40,277 nucleotides of DNA from IMG/VR virus record IMGVR_UViG_3300037789_000103, positions 1-40,277 of that record; one strand, written 5' to 3'. Positions 17,758-26,539 of the stretch are shown here, in pieces. The position numbers were made by a program, and so were the translations under genes. Source of the stretch: a virus (lineage: Duplodnaviria; Caudoviricetes). Below the pieces are notes generated by a model, which worked only from the letters and a program-made list of their open reading frames with translations, did no database searches and was not told the origin of the DNA. Each line of letters starts with the position of its first letter. Within the stretch, counting starts at the first letter, position 1.

Positions 17758-19260
17758 ATGGCATTTTTTGACAAATTCCGCCGGCCCAAGCTGGGCGGTC
17801 CGGACACCATGCGTGCGCGCCTTGAGGGAGCGATGGCGAAGCGTCGCTTGCGGGGTTGGAACCCACCTCTTGAGAATATCAACGCGCTTGTTGCAGGTGG
17901 TGGCCCCCGTCTTTTGGCGCGGTCTCGAGAATTGCTGGTGAGCAATGGTTATGCGGCCAATGCCTGCGAGGCGTTTGCGGCAAATTTGGTGGGGGATGGG
18001 ATTAAACCATCATCGCTCATCGCCGATCCTGATCTGCGCGATCTGGTGCAAAGGCTCTGGCTGGCTTGGACCGATGAAGCGGATGCGGATGGGCTCACGG
18101 ATTTTTATGGCCTGCAGGCGATGATTGCCCGTGAGATGTTTGTGGCGGGTGAGTGTTTTGTGCGGTTACGTCCGCGTCGAGCGGAGGATGGACTACTTGT
18201 TCCGCTTCAGTTGCAGTTGTTGCAGTCTGAACTTCTGCCTTTTGACAAAACGGAAACTGCATCGAATGGGAACCGGATCCGCTGTGGGGTGGAGTTTGAT
18301 GCGATTGGACGGCGCGTAGCCTATCACTTCCGGCGCAGCCATCCAGGGGATGTGACGGATCAGGGGCCTGGATCTTCTGGGACCACCCGGGTGCTGGCCG
18401 AGGATGTGCTGCACATCTACCGCCCCATAGATGCGGGCCAAATCCGAGGTTTGCCGCATATTGCGCCGGCGATGGTCCGGCTCTTCCTCTTAGACCAATA
18501 CGACGACGCTGAGCTTGATCGGAAGAAAACAGCCGCGATGTTTGCGGGGTTTATCACGAAGACGGCTCCAGAAGATCCGATGATGGGGGAGGGTGAGGCA
18601 GATCCCGACGGAGCGGCCTTGGCCAGTCTTGAGCCAGGGACACTGCAGGTCCTTTTGCCGGGTGAAGATGTGCGTTTCTCAAGTCCGGCGGATGTGGGTG
18701 GCGGCTATGAGGCCTTTCAGTATCGCACGTTACTCGCGGTCTCTGCCTCGCTTGGGTTACCTTATCATTTGGTGACAGGGGATGTGCGTCAGGCGAACTA
18801 TTCGAGTTTGCGGGCGGAGCTTGTGGAGTTCCGGCGGCGCATTGGGCAGCTGCAACATGGAGTGATGGCACATCAGTTGTGCAGGCCTGTGTGGCAGCGT
18901 TGGATTGAAACAGCCCTTTTGTCGGGCGCTTTAACATCTGCCAGCACAGGGCAGTTGCGGCCTGTCCAATGGATCCCACCCCGTTGGGATTGGGTGGATC
19001 CCTTAAAAGACATTCAAGCGCAGATTTTGGCGATGGAAGCGGGGCTGACCTCGCGCCGCAAGGTGGTTGAGGCGACAGGGTACGACATCGAGGAGGTCGA
19101 CCGCGAAAACGCCTCCGATTTGGCGCGGATGAGCGCCTTGGGGCTGAGCTATCGAGCGAGCCCTGGAGAAACACAAGGAGCGCGGGTCACGCCTGCCTCA
19201 AAGCCTGAGACGCCTGGGTCTGATGACGAGACGGTGGGGTCTCAAGGCACTTCATCTTAA
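17758..19260 (+). CDS. Portal protein, lambda family
   Basis: LLARSREL, GQIRGLP, NYSSLR, WVDPLKD. Confidence 0.95.
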   Translation: MAFFDKFRRPKLGGPDTMRARLEGAMAKRRLRGWNPPLENINALVAGGGPRLLARSRELLVSNGYAANACEAFAANLVGDGIKPSSLIADPDLRDLVQRLWLAWTDEADADGLTDFYGLQAMIAREMFVAGECFVRLRPRRAEDGLLVPLQLQLLQSELLPFDKTETASNGNRIRCGVEFDAIGRRVAYHFRRSHPGDVTDQGPGSSGTTRVLAEDVLHIYRPIDAGQIRGLPHIAPAMVRLFLLDQYDDAELDRKKTAAMFAGFITKTAPEDPMMGEGEADPDGAALASLEPGTLQVLLPGEDVRFSSPADVGGGYEAFQYRTLLAVSASLGLPYHLVTGDVRQANYSSLRAELVEFRRRIGQLQHGVMAHQLCRPVWQRWIETALLSGALTSASTGQLRPVQWIPPRWDWVDPLKDIQAQILAMEAGLTSRRKVVEATGYDIEEVDRENASDLARMSALGLSYRASPGETQGARVTPASKPETPGSDDETVGSQGTSS

Positions 19261-19272
19261 TAGGAGAGATAG

Positions 19273-20262
19273 ATGAACAGTTGGTACACGATCCGTGCCC
19301 GATCTTCGGGAGCGGAGGTGCTTATCTATGATGAGATCGGTGCCTATGGCGTCACGGCCAAAGGCTTTTTAGCGGAACTGGGTGCGCTGGAGGAGGGGGC
19401 GGAGATTGATCTTCGTCTGAACAGTCCGGGTGGATCGGTCTTTGATGCGGTGGCGATTTACAATGCTCTAAAGCGCCATAATGGGGCAGTGACGGTTTGG
19501 ATTGATGGTATTGCGGCGTCTGCTGCGAGTTACATCGCTATGGCGGGTGACAAGGTCATCATGCCTGAAAACGCCTTTCTGATGATCCATGACCCGTCGG
19601 GTGTTGTGATGGGGACGGCGGAGGATATGCGTTCTACGGCCGCTGCCCTCGATAAGGTGAAGACTAGCCTTATTCAGGGGTATGCGGCGAAGTCTGGGCA
19701 AACGGAGCCGGAAATTGCGCGTCTTATGGCTGCGGAAACCTGGCTGGATGCTGGAGAGGCTTTGGCTTTGGGTCTCGTGGATCATGTGAGTGAGCCGGTA
19801 AAACTGGTGGCTCAGTTTGATATTGGCCGCTTCCGCAATGCGCCGGAGGCTGTGGTTGAAGCTGTGCAAGAGGGCGCTGGTGCGACGCCTGAGCAGGCCT
19901 CTGAGGAGGCGAGTGCAGAACAGGACCTTAATACCGCTGAGCAGGCCTGCGAACCAGTAGACACCCCCAATACAGAACCGGAGGCAGAACCTGTTGCGGA
20001 GACCTCTCAAACCGTGCGCGGGGCAGCGATTGAGCATGCCCGTGCAGTGATTGATCTCTGCCAATTGGCAGGCTTTCCGCAGATGGCGGGCGCGTTTTTA
20101 GAAGTGGATGCCTCGATCGAGACGGTCAGGCACCGGCTTTTGTCCTTGAAGGTCGAGGCATCGACCACTTTGAGCTCGGCGCATGCGCAACCGGGTTCAG
20201 GGAGCAGTTTGTCTCCATGGGGTGATGTGATTGCGCGGACCTTCCGTCAGAAAGGAGCTTAA
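19273..20262 (+). CDS. ClpP-like prohead protease with acidic scaffold-like C-terminus
   Basis: LNSPGGSVF, AASAAS, LMIHDP, ETWLDA. Confidence 0.9.
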   Translation: MNSWYTIRARSSGAEVLIYDEIGAYGVTAKGFLAELGALEEGAEIDLRLNSPGGSVFDAVAIYNALKRHNGAVTVWIDGIAASAASYIAMAGDKVIMPENAFLMIHDPSGVVMGTAEDMRSTAAALDKVKTSLIQGYAAKSGQTEPEIARLMAAETWLDAGEALALGLVDHVSEPVKLVAQFDIGRFRNAPEAVVEAVQEGAGATPEQASEEASAEQDLNTAEQACEPVDTPNTEPEAEPVAETSQTVRGAAIEHARAVIDLCQLAGFPQMAGAFLEVDASIETVRHRLLSLKVEASTTLSSAHAQPGSGSSLSPWGDVIARTFRQKGA

Positions 20263-20264
20263 GA

Positions 20265-20636
20265 ATGACTGTTTTATCTGAAACCCAACATGCGGGTGGC
20301 TTTCTGGTTTGGGAGGTCTTGCGAGACTTTACCCGCGAGACGGTGACCCTGGCCGCAGGCAGCGGAAAACTTTTACCTGGGACTGTTCTTGGGAAGGTGA
20401 CGACGGGCGGCAAATATACGGCTCTCGCGCCGGGGGCGACCAATGGCTCTCAAAACGCAGCCGGTATTCTCTGGGCGGCGGCGGATGCAAGTGATGCAGA
20501 CAGAGCGGCTGTGGTGATTGTGCGTGGTCCTGCGATTTTGAACCGGTCCGAGCTGATCCTGCCAGATGGGATTACAGAGGCACAAATGACGTCGCTGACC
20601 ACGGCTCTGTTGGCACTTGGCATCGTGCTGCGCTGA
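20265..20636 (+). CDS. Head decoration protein (gpD-like)
   Basis: GTVLGKVT..GKY, GSQNAAGIL; between protease and capsid. Confidence 0.85.
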   Translation: MTVLSETQHAGGFLVWEVLRDFTRETVTLAAGSGKLLPGTVLGKVTTGGKYTALAPGATNGSQNAAGILWAAADASDADRAAVVIVRGPAILNRSELILPDGITEAQMTSLTTALLALGIVLR

Positions 20637-20685
20637 GGCGCGCGCTGTCTCATTCCCTTTTTTACAGATTTGAGGAGGTTGGCTG

Positions 20686-21699
20686 ATGGCCACCATGGAT
20701 ATCTTTGAAGGCGATGCCTTCTCTGTTGTCGAGTTGACGCGTGCACTTGAGAACATTCCCTATAAGCCTGCGACTTTGTCGGGTTCGGATCTTTTTGCTG
20801 AGCGCGGCGTGCGCACCAGAACGGTTGTGATTGAAAGCCGTGATGGGACCTTGTCGCTCATTCCCTTCTCGGAACGGGGATCGGGCTATGATCAACAAAG
20901 CCCAGAGAACCGCCAGGTGCGGGCCTTTGTGTGTCGACAGTTTAAGAAGCAGGATGTTCTTTGGGCGTCTGAGATCCAGGGCATTCGTGAGTTTGGGTCT
21001 GAGAGTGTGACGAGCCAGGCGCAGGCCGAGGTGGCGCGCCGTATGCGGCGTCTGCGCTCTGATGCCGAGGCGACATTTGAGTATCACTTGCTCAATGCCA
21101 TTCAGGGCGTTGTGAAAGATCCGCGAGATGGATCAGAAGTGATCAACTTCTCCAATGAGTTCGGCATCACGCCGGCGGCTGAGATCGACTTTGATCTCGA
21201 CAACCAGTCGCCTGCCTCGGGCGTTTTGCGCAAGAAATGTCAGGCTTTGATTGAGAGCGTGGAAGAAAGCCTTGGTGGGCTGGCCGTTGGTCCTGTGCAA
21301 CTGCGTGCGGAATGTGGTTCGGCCTTCTTTGCTGATCTCGTCGCACATAAGGAAATCCGCGAGACCTATCTCAACACGGCTGCGGCCAGTGAGTTGCGGG
21401 GTCGGGTTGTGGATGAGGTGATGTTTGGTGGCATTACCTTCCGCCGATATGGCGGTAATTCCACCATTGGCGTGCCGACGGACAAAGCCTTTTTCTATCC
21501 GCAGGGCATAGAGGGTCTCTTTGAGATTTACTTTGCACCGGCCGATACCTTTGAAACCGTTAACACCCTGGGCTTGCCGCTTTATGCGCGGATGATCCCG
21601 GATCGTGAACGCGATGAGTGGGTGCGATTGGAGATTGAGAGTAATCCGCTGCCGATCTGTACGCGACCGCAGGTATTGCGATCAGCCAAGCGGACCTAA
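20686..21699 (+). CDS. Major capsid protein (lambda gpE family)
   Basis: MDIF..DAFS..ELT, FAPADTFETVNTLGLP, ESNPLPICTRP. Confidence 0.92.
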   Translation: MATMDIFEGDAFSVVELTRALENIPYKPATLSGSDLFAERGVRTRTVVIESRDGTLSLIPFSERGSGYDQQSPENRQVRAFVCRQFKKQDVLWASEIQGIREFGSESVTSQAQAEVARRMRRLRSDAEATFEYHLLNAIQGVVKDPRDGSEVINFSNEFGITPAAEIDFDLDNQSPASGVLRKKCQALIESVEESLGGLAVGPVQLRAECGSAFFADLVAHKEIRETYLNTAAASELRGRVVDEVMFGGITFRRYGGNSTIGVPTDKAFFYPQGIEGLFEIYFAPADTFETVNTLGLPLYARMIPDRERDEWVRLEIESNPLPICTRPQVLRSAKRT

Positions 21700-22010
21700 T
21701 GACTGTCATTGAAGTGGCTTTAAAGGCGCTCTTTGCGGATCCGAACCTTACTGTTGATCTATGGTATCGGGATATGGAGGGCCGCTTCTTGAGAGCGCGA
21801 GGTATTTTGCGCAGACCTGATGATGTGATGAGCTTTGGGTCTGCGCGCTTGGTCTCTGAGACAATCCGATTGGATGTGCAGGCCTGCGAAATCCCCAATC
21901 CTCAGCCAGATGAACAGATCCTTATTGGTGAGGAGACCTATTTGATCCAAGGCGCGCCGCGGCGCGACCGGGAGCGGTTGATTTGGGAGTTGTCTTTGAG
22001 CCTTGCTTAA
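21699..22010 (+). CDS. Head-tail joining (closure) protein
   Basis: LFADPNL...IQGAPRRDRERLIW; TAATG coupling to the capsid gene. Confidence 0.75.
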   Translation: MTVIEVALKALFADPNLTVDLWYRDMEGRFLRARGILRRPDDVMSFGSARLVSETIRLDVQACEIPNPQPDEQILIGEETYLIQGAPRRDRERLIWELSLSLA

Positions 22011-22014
22011 AAGT

Positions 22015-22085
22015 GCTATGCTTGGTGCAGAACATGGGGAGAGCTCACACCACGCATAGCTGCCAGATTAGATTTTAATGTGGCA
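22015..22085. repeat. Two tandem intergenic hairpins (candidate structured RNA)
   Basis: GCTATGC.TGGTG / CACCA.GCATAGC (22015-22060) and TGCCA.ATTA / TAAT.TGGCA (22061-22085). Confidence 0.5.
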
Positions 22086-22177
22086 GAGCGTTCGGAAGGG
22101 ATAGTTTCCAAACTGAGGTCACAATATCGAATTGATCCATTTGGTCTAGCCCTCGAGGTGGCTGGACGGGGTGCTTT

Positions 22178-22804
22178 ATGCGGATGGATCTTAAGATCTC
22201 AGACCTGCCGAAGGTGATGACCACTGAAGTTTTGGCAGGTGAGGCGGCCGTGACCGCGGCAATGCGGGAAGCGGGGCGTGACCTTCAAAGCAAATGGCGT
22301 GCTCAGGTGCATCATGCAGGGCTGGGGCTGCGGTTGGGAAAGACCATCCGTGTAAGAACATATCCTACAGTTGGAGAGAGTTTGAACGCAGCAAGTTTGG
22401 TGTGGTCCAATGCTCCAGTGATTATCAGCGCGCATGCGGAGGGTGCAGTGATCCGCTCCAAATCTGGTGGCTGGCTTGCGATCCCGACACCCGCTGCAGG
22501 GCGAGGGCCAAGGGGGCGGAGAATGACGCCCAAAGAGTGGGAAAAACGCCGCGGGATGCGGTTGCGGTTTGTACGCAGGCGTGGTGCCCCAAGCCTTTTG
22601 GTGGCCGATGGTCGTTTGAATGCGCGGGGCCTCGGGGTTGTGTCTCGCTCGACGACGGGACGAGGTCGCGCGACGGTGCCAATCTTTATCTTGGTACCGC
22701 AAGTGACACTCGCCAAGCGGCTCAATTTGGAGCGAGATGTGGCGCGCGTGGAAAGCACGCTCGCGACCCGCATTGTTGGAGCTTGGGTTGAAGCGCGGCT
22801 TTAG
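22178..22804 (+). CDS. DUF6441-like neck / tail-completion protein
   Basis: Basic protein with WLAIPT and TVPIFILVPQV motifs; position in the neck region. Confidence 0.75.
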   Translation: MRMDLKISDLPKVMTTEVLAGEAAVTAAMREAGRDLQSKWRAQVHHAGLGLRLGKTIRVRTYPTVGESLNAASLVWSNAPVIISAHAEGAVIRSKSGGWLAIPTPAAGRGPRGRRMTPKEWEKRRGMRLRFVRRRGAPSLLVADGRLNARGLGVVSRSTTGRGRATVPIFILVPQVTLAKRLNLERDVARVESTLATRIVGAWVEARL

Positions 22805-22842
22805 GCGGGGCCTGGGCGAGGTGTGATGGACAGGGCACCTTG

Positions 22843-22861
22843 ATTGGCATATATTGCCAAT
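22843..22861. promoter_or_regulatory. Palindromic operator of parDE
   Basis: ATTGGCA-TATAT-TGCCAAT about 20 nt before the antitoxin start. Confidence 0.65.
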
Positions 22862-22880
22862 GTCAATTTGGGAGAATGTC

Positions 22881-23138
22881 ATGGTGACCAGAAACGTTGT
22901 TTTGACGGAAACTCAATCGAAGCTCGTTGATCAACTGGTCTCGACGGGCCGGTATCAGAATGCCTCGGAAGCGCTCAGAGCTGGATTGCGGTTATTGGAA
23001 CGTGAAGAGGCTGAATTGAACGATCTACGCGCGCGGCTTTCCGTGGGTCTTGACCAAGCCCTTACGGGCGATTTTGCGCAAGGTTCTGGTGAGGAAGCGA
23101 TCCGCCGAGCCTTTGCATCTGCGCGATCCGCCGTTTGA
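22881..23138 (+). CDS. parD: ParD-family antitoxin (RHH)
   Basis: RNVVLT..Q..LVDQLVSTGRYQNASEALRAGLRLLE. Confidence 0.88.
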   Translation: MVTRNVVLTETQSKLVDQLVSTGRYQNASEALRAGLRLLEREEAELNDLRARLSVGLDQALTGDFAQGSGEEAIRRAFASARSAV

Positions 23139-23147
23139 GGTCTCTCA

Positions 23148-23492
23148 ATGGTTAAACCTTGGCGGTTGACGCGCTCAGCGGAGGCCTCGCTTGTTGAAAT
23201 TGCCCGATGGACGATTGACACCTTTGGGCCCCGACAAGCTGCAGTCTATGAAGACAATTTGATTGGAGCCTGCAAAGCCATTGCGGCAGGTGTGGCTCAA
23301 TCACAGATCTGTTCTCAGGCGATGGATCCTGATCTTCCAGAGGCCTTACGGTTCACGCGATCTGGGCAGCATTTTGTTGTCTATGTTGAGTTGGATGAGG
23401 CTATGGTCATCGTTGATTTTTTGCACGCGCGCTCGGATCTTCCTCGCCGCATTGCCGAGAAGCTGAAGAGCTTAGGAGATTCTGAGCATTAA
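23148..23492 (+). CDS. parE: ParE/RelE-family toxin
   Basis: WRLTRSAEASLVEIARWT...FGPRQA..Y; HFVVY..VIVDFLHARSDL. Confidence 0.85.
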   Translation: MVKPWRLTRSAEASLVEIARWTIDTFGPRQAAVYEDNLIGACKAIAAGVAQSQICSQAMDPDLPEALRFTRSGQHFVVYVELDEAMVIVDFLHARSDLPRRIAEKLKSLGDSEH

Positions 23493-23568
23493 GGCGTTTT
23501 TGCGCGTCAGAGCTTTGGCCAACGGCGATTGCGAAGTACCTTTTGAAACATGAGCATCAGAGAGACGT

Positions 23569-23655
23569 TGGTGCCCCCTGCCGGACTCGAACCGGCACGT
23601 CCATAAAGACAAGGGATTTTAAGTCCCTGGCGTCTACCAATTCCGCCAAGAGGGC
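23569..23655 (-). tRNA. tRNA-Leu(TAA)
   Basis: GCCCTCT/AGGGGGC acceptor stem, AGGGA-CT-TAA-AA-TCCCT anticodon arm, long variable arm, GTTCGAGTC, encoded ACCA. Confidence 0.95.
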
Positions 23656-23660
23656 ACGTT

Positions 23661-23736
23661 TGGTAGGCCCGGCAGGATTTGAACCCGCAACCAAAGCGTT
23701 ATGAGCGCTCTGCTCTAACCATTGAGCTACAGGCCC
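23661..23736 (-). tRNA. tRNA with CAT anticodon, probably Ile2 (lysidine, reads ATA)
   Basis: GGGCCTGTAGCTCAATGGTTAGAGC, GAGCG-CT-CAT-AA-CGCTT, GTTCAAATC, ACCA; resembles bacterial Ile2 rather than fMet. Confidence 0.9.
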
Positions 23737-23783
23737 AAACGTTATGGCTGTCTGTGCAAGGAATATGTGGAGAGGTCAAGGCT

Positions 23784-24203
23784 TTGCCCAGTCCCCGAGA
23801 AACCATTCTCTTGGCTCTTTTTGAGAGGCTGGGTGTAACTGGGGCTACTGTCTTGCGCGGAGAGGTTTTGCCAGAGCGGGTACCCCCGAAGGGTTTGGTA
23901 ATTTTACGCGATGGCGACCCTGGTGATCCAGAGATGAGCTTATCGCCGCTGACCTATTACTATCAACATCGGGCGGAGGTGGAAGTTGTGGTGCAGGGTG
24001 GCGATCGGGATCAGGCCTTTGATGCGCTCTGTGCGCAGATTGGCCAGACATTGCATGAGGACAGAACCTTAGGAGGCTTATGTGATTGGCTTGAGGTCGA
24101 GGCTCCACAACCCGTGGATTTGGGCATTGAAGGTGGGGCTTCGATAAAGGCGGCCACGATCCCAGTGGTTTTGCATTATGCCTGTCAGGATCCTTGGGCG
24201 TAA
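23784..24203 (+). CDS. Tail terminator-like protein
   Basis: TTG start after GGAGAGG (MPSPRETIL); LRDGDPG, DRTLGGLCD. Confidence 0.75.
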   Translation: MPSPRETILLALFERLGVTGATVLRGEVLPERVPPKGLVILRDGDPGDPEMSLSPLTYYYQHRAEVEVVVQGGDRDQAFDALCAQIGQTLHEDRTLGGLCDWLEVEAPQPVDLGIEGGASIKAATIPVVLHYACQDPWA

Positions 24204-24206
24204 GGC

Positions 24207-24596
24207 CTAGTTGCAGGTGCCATAATGGCCGCCTGAGTATCGACAGTATTCGGTAGCAGCACCTAACCCGATCATCTCAGCGGCAATATCGCGTCCGTTT
24301 GGCAGAAAACACTGACCGACAATGCGGCTGTATCGATCGACGTCTCGGATCTGACAGGTCAGTGTTTGACCTGCGATTAGACGTGTGAGGGATTGGGTTG
24401 CGGCCGTGCCGCCGGGTTCATCGGTCTCGGGTGCATCTAAGCCCCAGATCCGAATGGCGGGCTCAAGATCATAGATCCGAAACGTATCGCCATCGGTGAT
24501 CCGACGCACTTGACCGCTAAACTGCGGGGTCTGAGCGAGACTGCCTGTGGCCAAGAGGGCCGTCAGGGCGAGAAGTGAGGTAAGGCCTTTACGCAT
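24207..24596 (-). CDS. Secreted thermonuclease (SNase family)
   Basis: Signal peptide; DGDTF, IRIWGLDAPE, DRYSRIVG. Confidence 0.88.
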   Translation of the reverse strand: MRKGLTSLLALTALLATGSLAQTPQFSGQVRRITDGDTFRIYDLEPAIRIWGLDAPETDEPGGTAATQSLTRLIAGQTLTCQIRDVDRYSRIVGQCFLPNGRDIAAEMIGLGAATEYCRYSGGHYGTCN

Positions 24597-24606
24597 CGGG
24601 TCGGCT

Positions 24607-25095
24607 TTAGAGCATGTTGCGCTGAGGCGGCATTGTGATCTGCCCATCGATCTGCGCGCCCATGTCCATGCTGATTGTGGGGGCTGTTATATCGGCTTTG
24701 ACCTGTGCTGTCGGTTTGAGGCTCACGGTCTTGGCATGGATATGGCCTGTCACCTGGCCTTCGATCATTACTTGATCGGCACGGATGGTACCCGTGATCT
24801 GGCCTGTCTTGGTCACAACGAGAATATCGGCGGTGAGATCGCCGGTGATGGTGCCGCCAAATTCGACAATGCCATCACTGGTCCAATTACCTTGGATAGT
24901 GATGCCTTCGTGCAGAACGGAACGGCGTTTGTCAGTGACGCTGCCTTCCCGATAGGGCGGCACGAAGGGTTTGCCTGGGGCTTTGGGGAGATCGTCAAAG
25001 GCATCGACGGGTGACGGTGTCAGGGTGGCTTTGGGCGTTGGCATGGATGCGTCCGGCTCAGTGCTGGACAGTTTTGATTTGAACTTTGACAGCAT
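24607..25095 (-). CDS. Bactofilin (polymer-forming cytoskeletal protein)
   Basis: SVLHEGITIQGNW..DG, beta-helix repeats, ISMDMGAQIDGQITM; N-terminal MLSKFK peptide and Pro-rich linker. Confidence 0.88.
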   Translation of the reverse strand: MLSKFKSKLSSTEPDASMPTPKATLTPSPVDAFDDLPKAPGKPFVPPYREGSVTDKRRSVLHEGITIQGNWTSDGIVEFGGTITGDLTADILVVTKTGQITGTIRADQVMIEGQVTGHIHAKTVSLKPTAQVKADITAPTISMDMGAQIDGQITMPPQRNML

Positions 25096-25127
25096 GGGAT
25101 GCGCCTTTTTCTAAAACCATATGAGGC

Positions 25128-25157
25128 AGATGGGCGAGGAATGACCGTTCGGTCAAG
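25128..25157 (-). promoter_or_regulatory. RpoH-like promoter with overlapping palindrome for the bactofilin-nuclease pair
   Basis: Minus strand CTTGAC-N17-CCCATCT; TGACCG-TT-CGGTCA at 25142-25155. Confidence 0.45.
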
Positions 25158-25197
25158 AGCATCGCAGGCCTTCATATCCTTTTGATGGAGAGAAAAC

Positions 25198-26139
25198 ATG
25201 GCACGAGCCCAGGGGGCGCGGGCGCAAATGGCGCTGGCGTTCGAGACGACCTATGGCGTTCCACCAATGAGTGGTTATACGCAAATCCCTTTCACGAGCA
25301 CCACGCTGGGGTCTGAGCAACCGTTGCAGACCTCAGAGGTCTTGGGCTATGGGCGTGATCCGCAAGCGCCTGTAAAGGATGCGCTCACGGCGGATGGCGC
25401 GATCGTTGTGCCCATTGATGCGGAGAGCTTTGGGTTTTGGCTGACGGCGGCCTTTGGGTCGCCTGTCACGAGCGGCGATCAGGCGCCTTTTACCCATGAG
25501 TTCCGCTCAGGGTCATGGGCTTTGCCATCGTTTACGGTGGAGACGGCGATGCCGGAAGTGCCACGCTATGCACGCTATGCTGGCTGCAAGGTCGATAGTG
25601 TGTCGTGGCAAATGGCGCGTTCGGGGCTTTTAACAGCCACGGTGAGTGTGATTGCGCAAGGAGAAGAGGTCTCTGGGAGTTCGTCGGTCGGCACTGTTGA
25701 GACGATTGAGCTAAGGCGTTTTGGACATTTTAATGGGACAATCACCCGAAATGGCGTGGCGATTGGCAATGTCGTCACTGTTGATCTTACCTATTCCAAT
25801 ACCCTCGATCGGATTGAGACCATTCGCTCGGATGGCAAGATTGATGGAATTGATCCCTCAATTGCGGCGCTGACCGGGAGCATCACGGTCCGTTTTGCGG
25901 ATCAAACCTTGGTCACCCAAGCGATCAATGGTGAGGCTAGCGAACTGGAGTTCTCTTACGCTCTCCCAACCGGCGAAAGCCTCACTCTGACCGCGCACGC
26001 CGTTTATCTTCCACGTCCCCGGATCGAGATTTCTGGCCCGCAAGGGGTACAGGCCAGTTTTGACTGGCAGGCTGCCAGTGATCCGGTGCTGGGCCGGATG
26101 TGCACTGTGACACTCACCAATAATCGCGAGGTTTACTAA
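25198..26139 (+). CDS. Tail tube protein
   Basis: MARAQGARAQMALAFETTYG, LGYGRDP, PRIEISGPQGVQASFDWQA. Confidence 0.88.
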   Translation: MARAQGARAQMALAFETTYGVPPMSGYTQIPFTSTTLGSEQPLQTSEVLGYGRDPQAPVKDALTADGAIVVPIDAESFGFWLTAAFGSPVTSGDQAPFTHEFRSGSWALPSFTVETAMPEVPRYARYAGCKVDSVSWQMARSGLLTATVSVIAQGEEVSGSSSVGTVETIELRRFGHFNGTITRNGVAIGNVVTVDLTYSNTLDRIETIRSDGKIDGIDPSIAALTGSITVRFADQTLVTQAINGEASELEFSYALPTGESLTLTAHAVYLPRPRIEISGPQGVQASFDWQAASDPVLGRMCTVTLTNNREVY

Positions 26140-26141
26140 CC

Positions 26142-26504
26142 ATGCTCCGTTTAAATCTCTCAAACGAGCCGCGTTGGCTCGACCTCGGCCATGGTGTCCG
26201 CCTGTTTGTGGAACCCTTGACCACTGCCATCATGCTCGCGGCGCGCAGTGACCCGGCGATTGTCGTCGCAGTGGCGGAAGATGAGCCTGCCACATCCAAT
26301 GATGATCTCGCGCGGATTGTGGCCAAAGCCGTTGCCCGCATCGTAGTCAAAGATTGGGAGGGCGTCGGCGATGAGGAAGGTAAACCCCTCGATGTGACGC
26401 CCGAGGGCATTGAGGCGCTCTTGGAGATCTGGCCGATCTTTGAGGCTTTCCAAACCACATACATCGCGGGTGCGCTGATACTGGATGCAGAAAAAAACGA
26501 CTGA
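26142..26504 (+). CDS. Tail assembly chaperone (gpG-like)
   Basis: Between tube and tape measure; DWEGVGD; ends in slippery A AAA AAC. Confidence 0.85.
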   Translation: MLRLNLSNEPRWLDLGHGVRLFVEPLTTAIMLAARSDPAIVVAVAEDEPATSNDDLARIVAKAVARIVVKDWEGVGDEEGKPLDVTPEGIEALLEIWPIFEAFQTTYIAGALILDAEKND

Positions 26505-26539
26505 CCGCTCTTGCCGACTGGGAGTTCGGCGGGGGCGGT
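26492..26539 (+). promoter_or_regulatory. Programmed -1 frameshift signal
   Basis: A AAA AAC (26492-26498), 5-nt spacer, 14-bp stem ACCGCTCTTGCCGA / TCGGCGGGGGCGGT (26504-26539). Confidence 0.85.

Noticed and set aside
18554-19174. Long antisense ORFs over structural genes (also 8142-8885, 19468-20064, 22199-22882) and the alternate-frame ORF 29404-30177
   Set aside because: Shadow frames of well-supported genes in GC-rich DNA, with no recognisable motifs
22030-22044. Second LexA box (GAAC-N7-GAGC)
   Set aside because: One mismatch, lies in a hairpin loop, and no clear promoter context
23569-23736. tRNAs as the prophage attachment site
   Set aside because: They are internal to the tail module, no duplicated 3' fragment was seen, and phage genes continue on both sides
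23679-23783. N-terminal extension of the tail terminator ORF
   Set aside because: Overlaps the tRNA gene; RBS and TTG at 23784 give a better start
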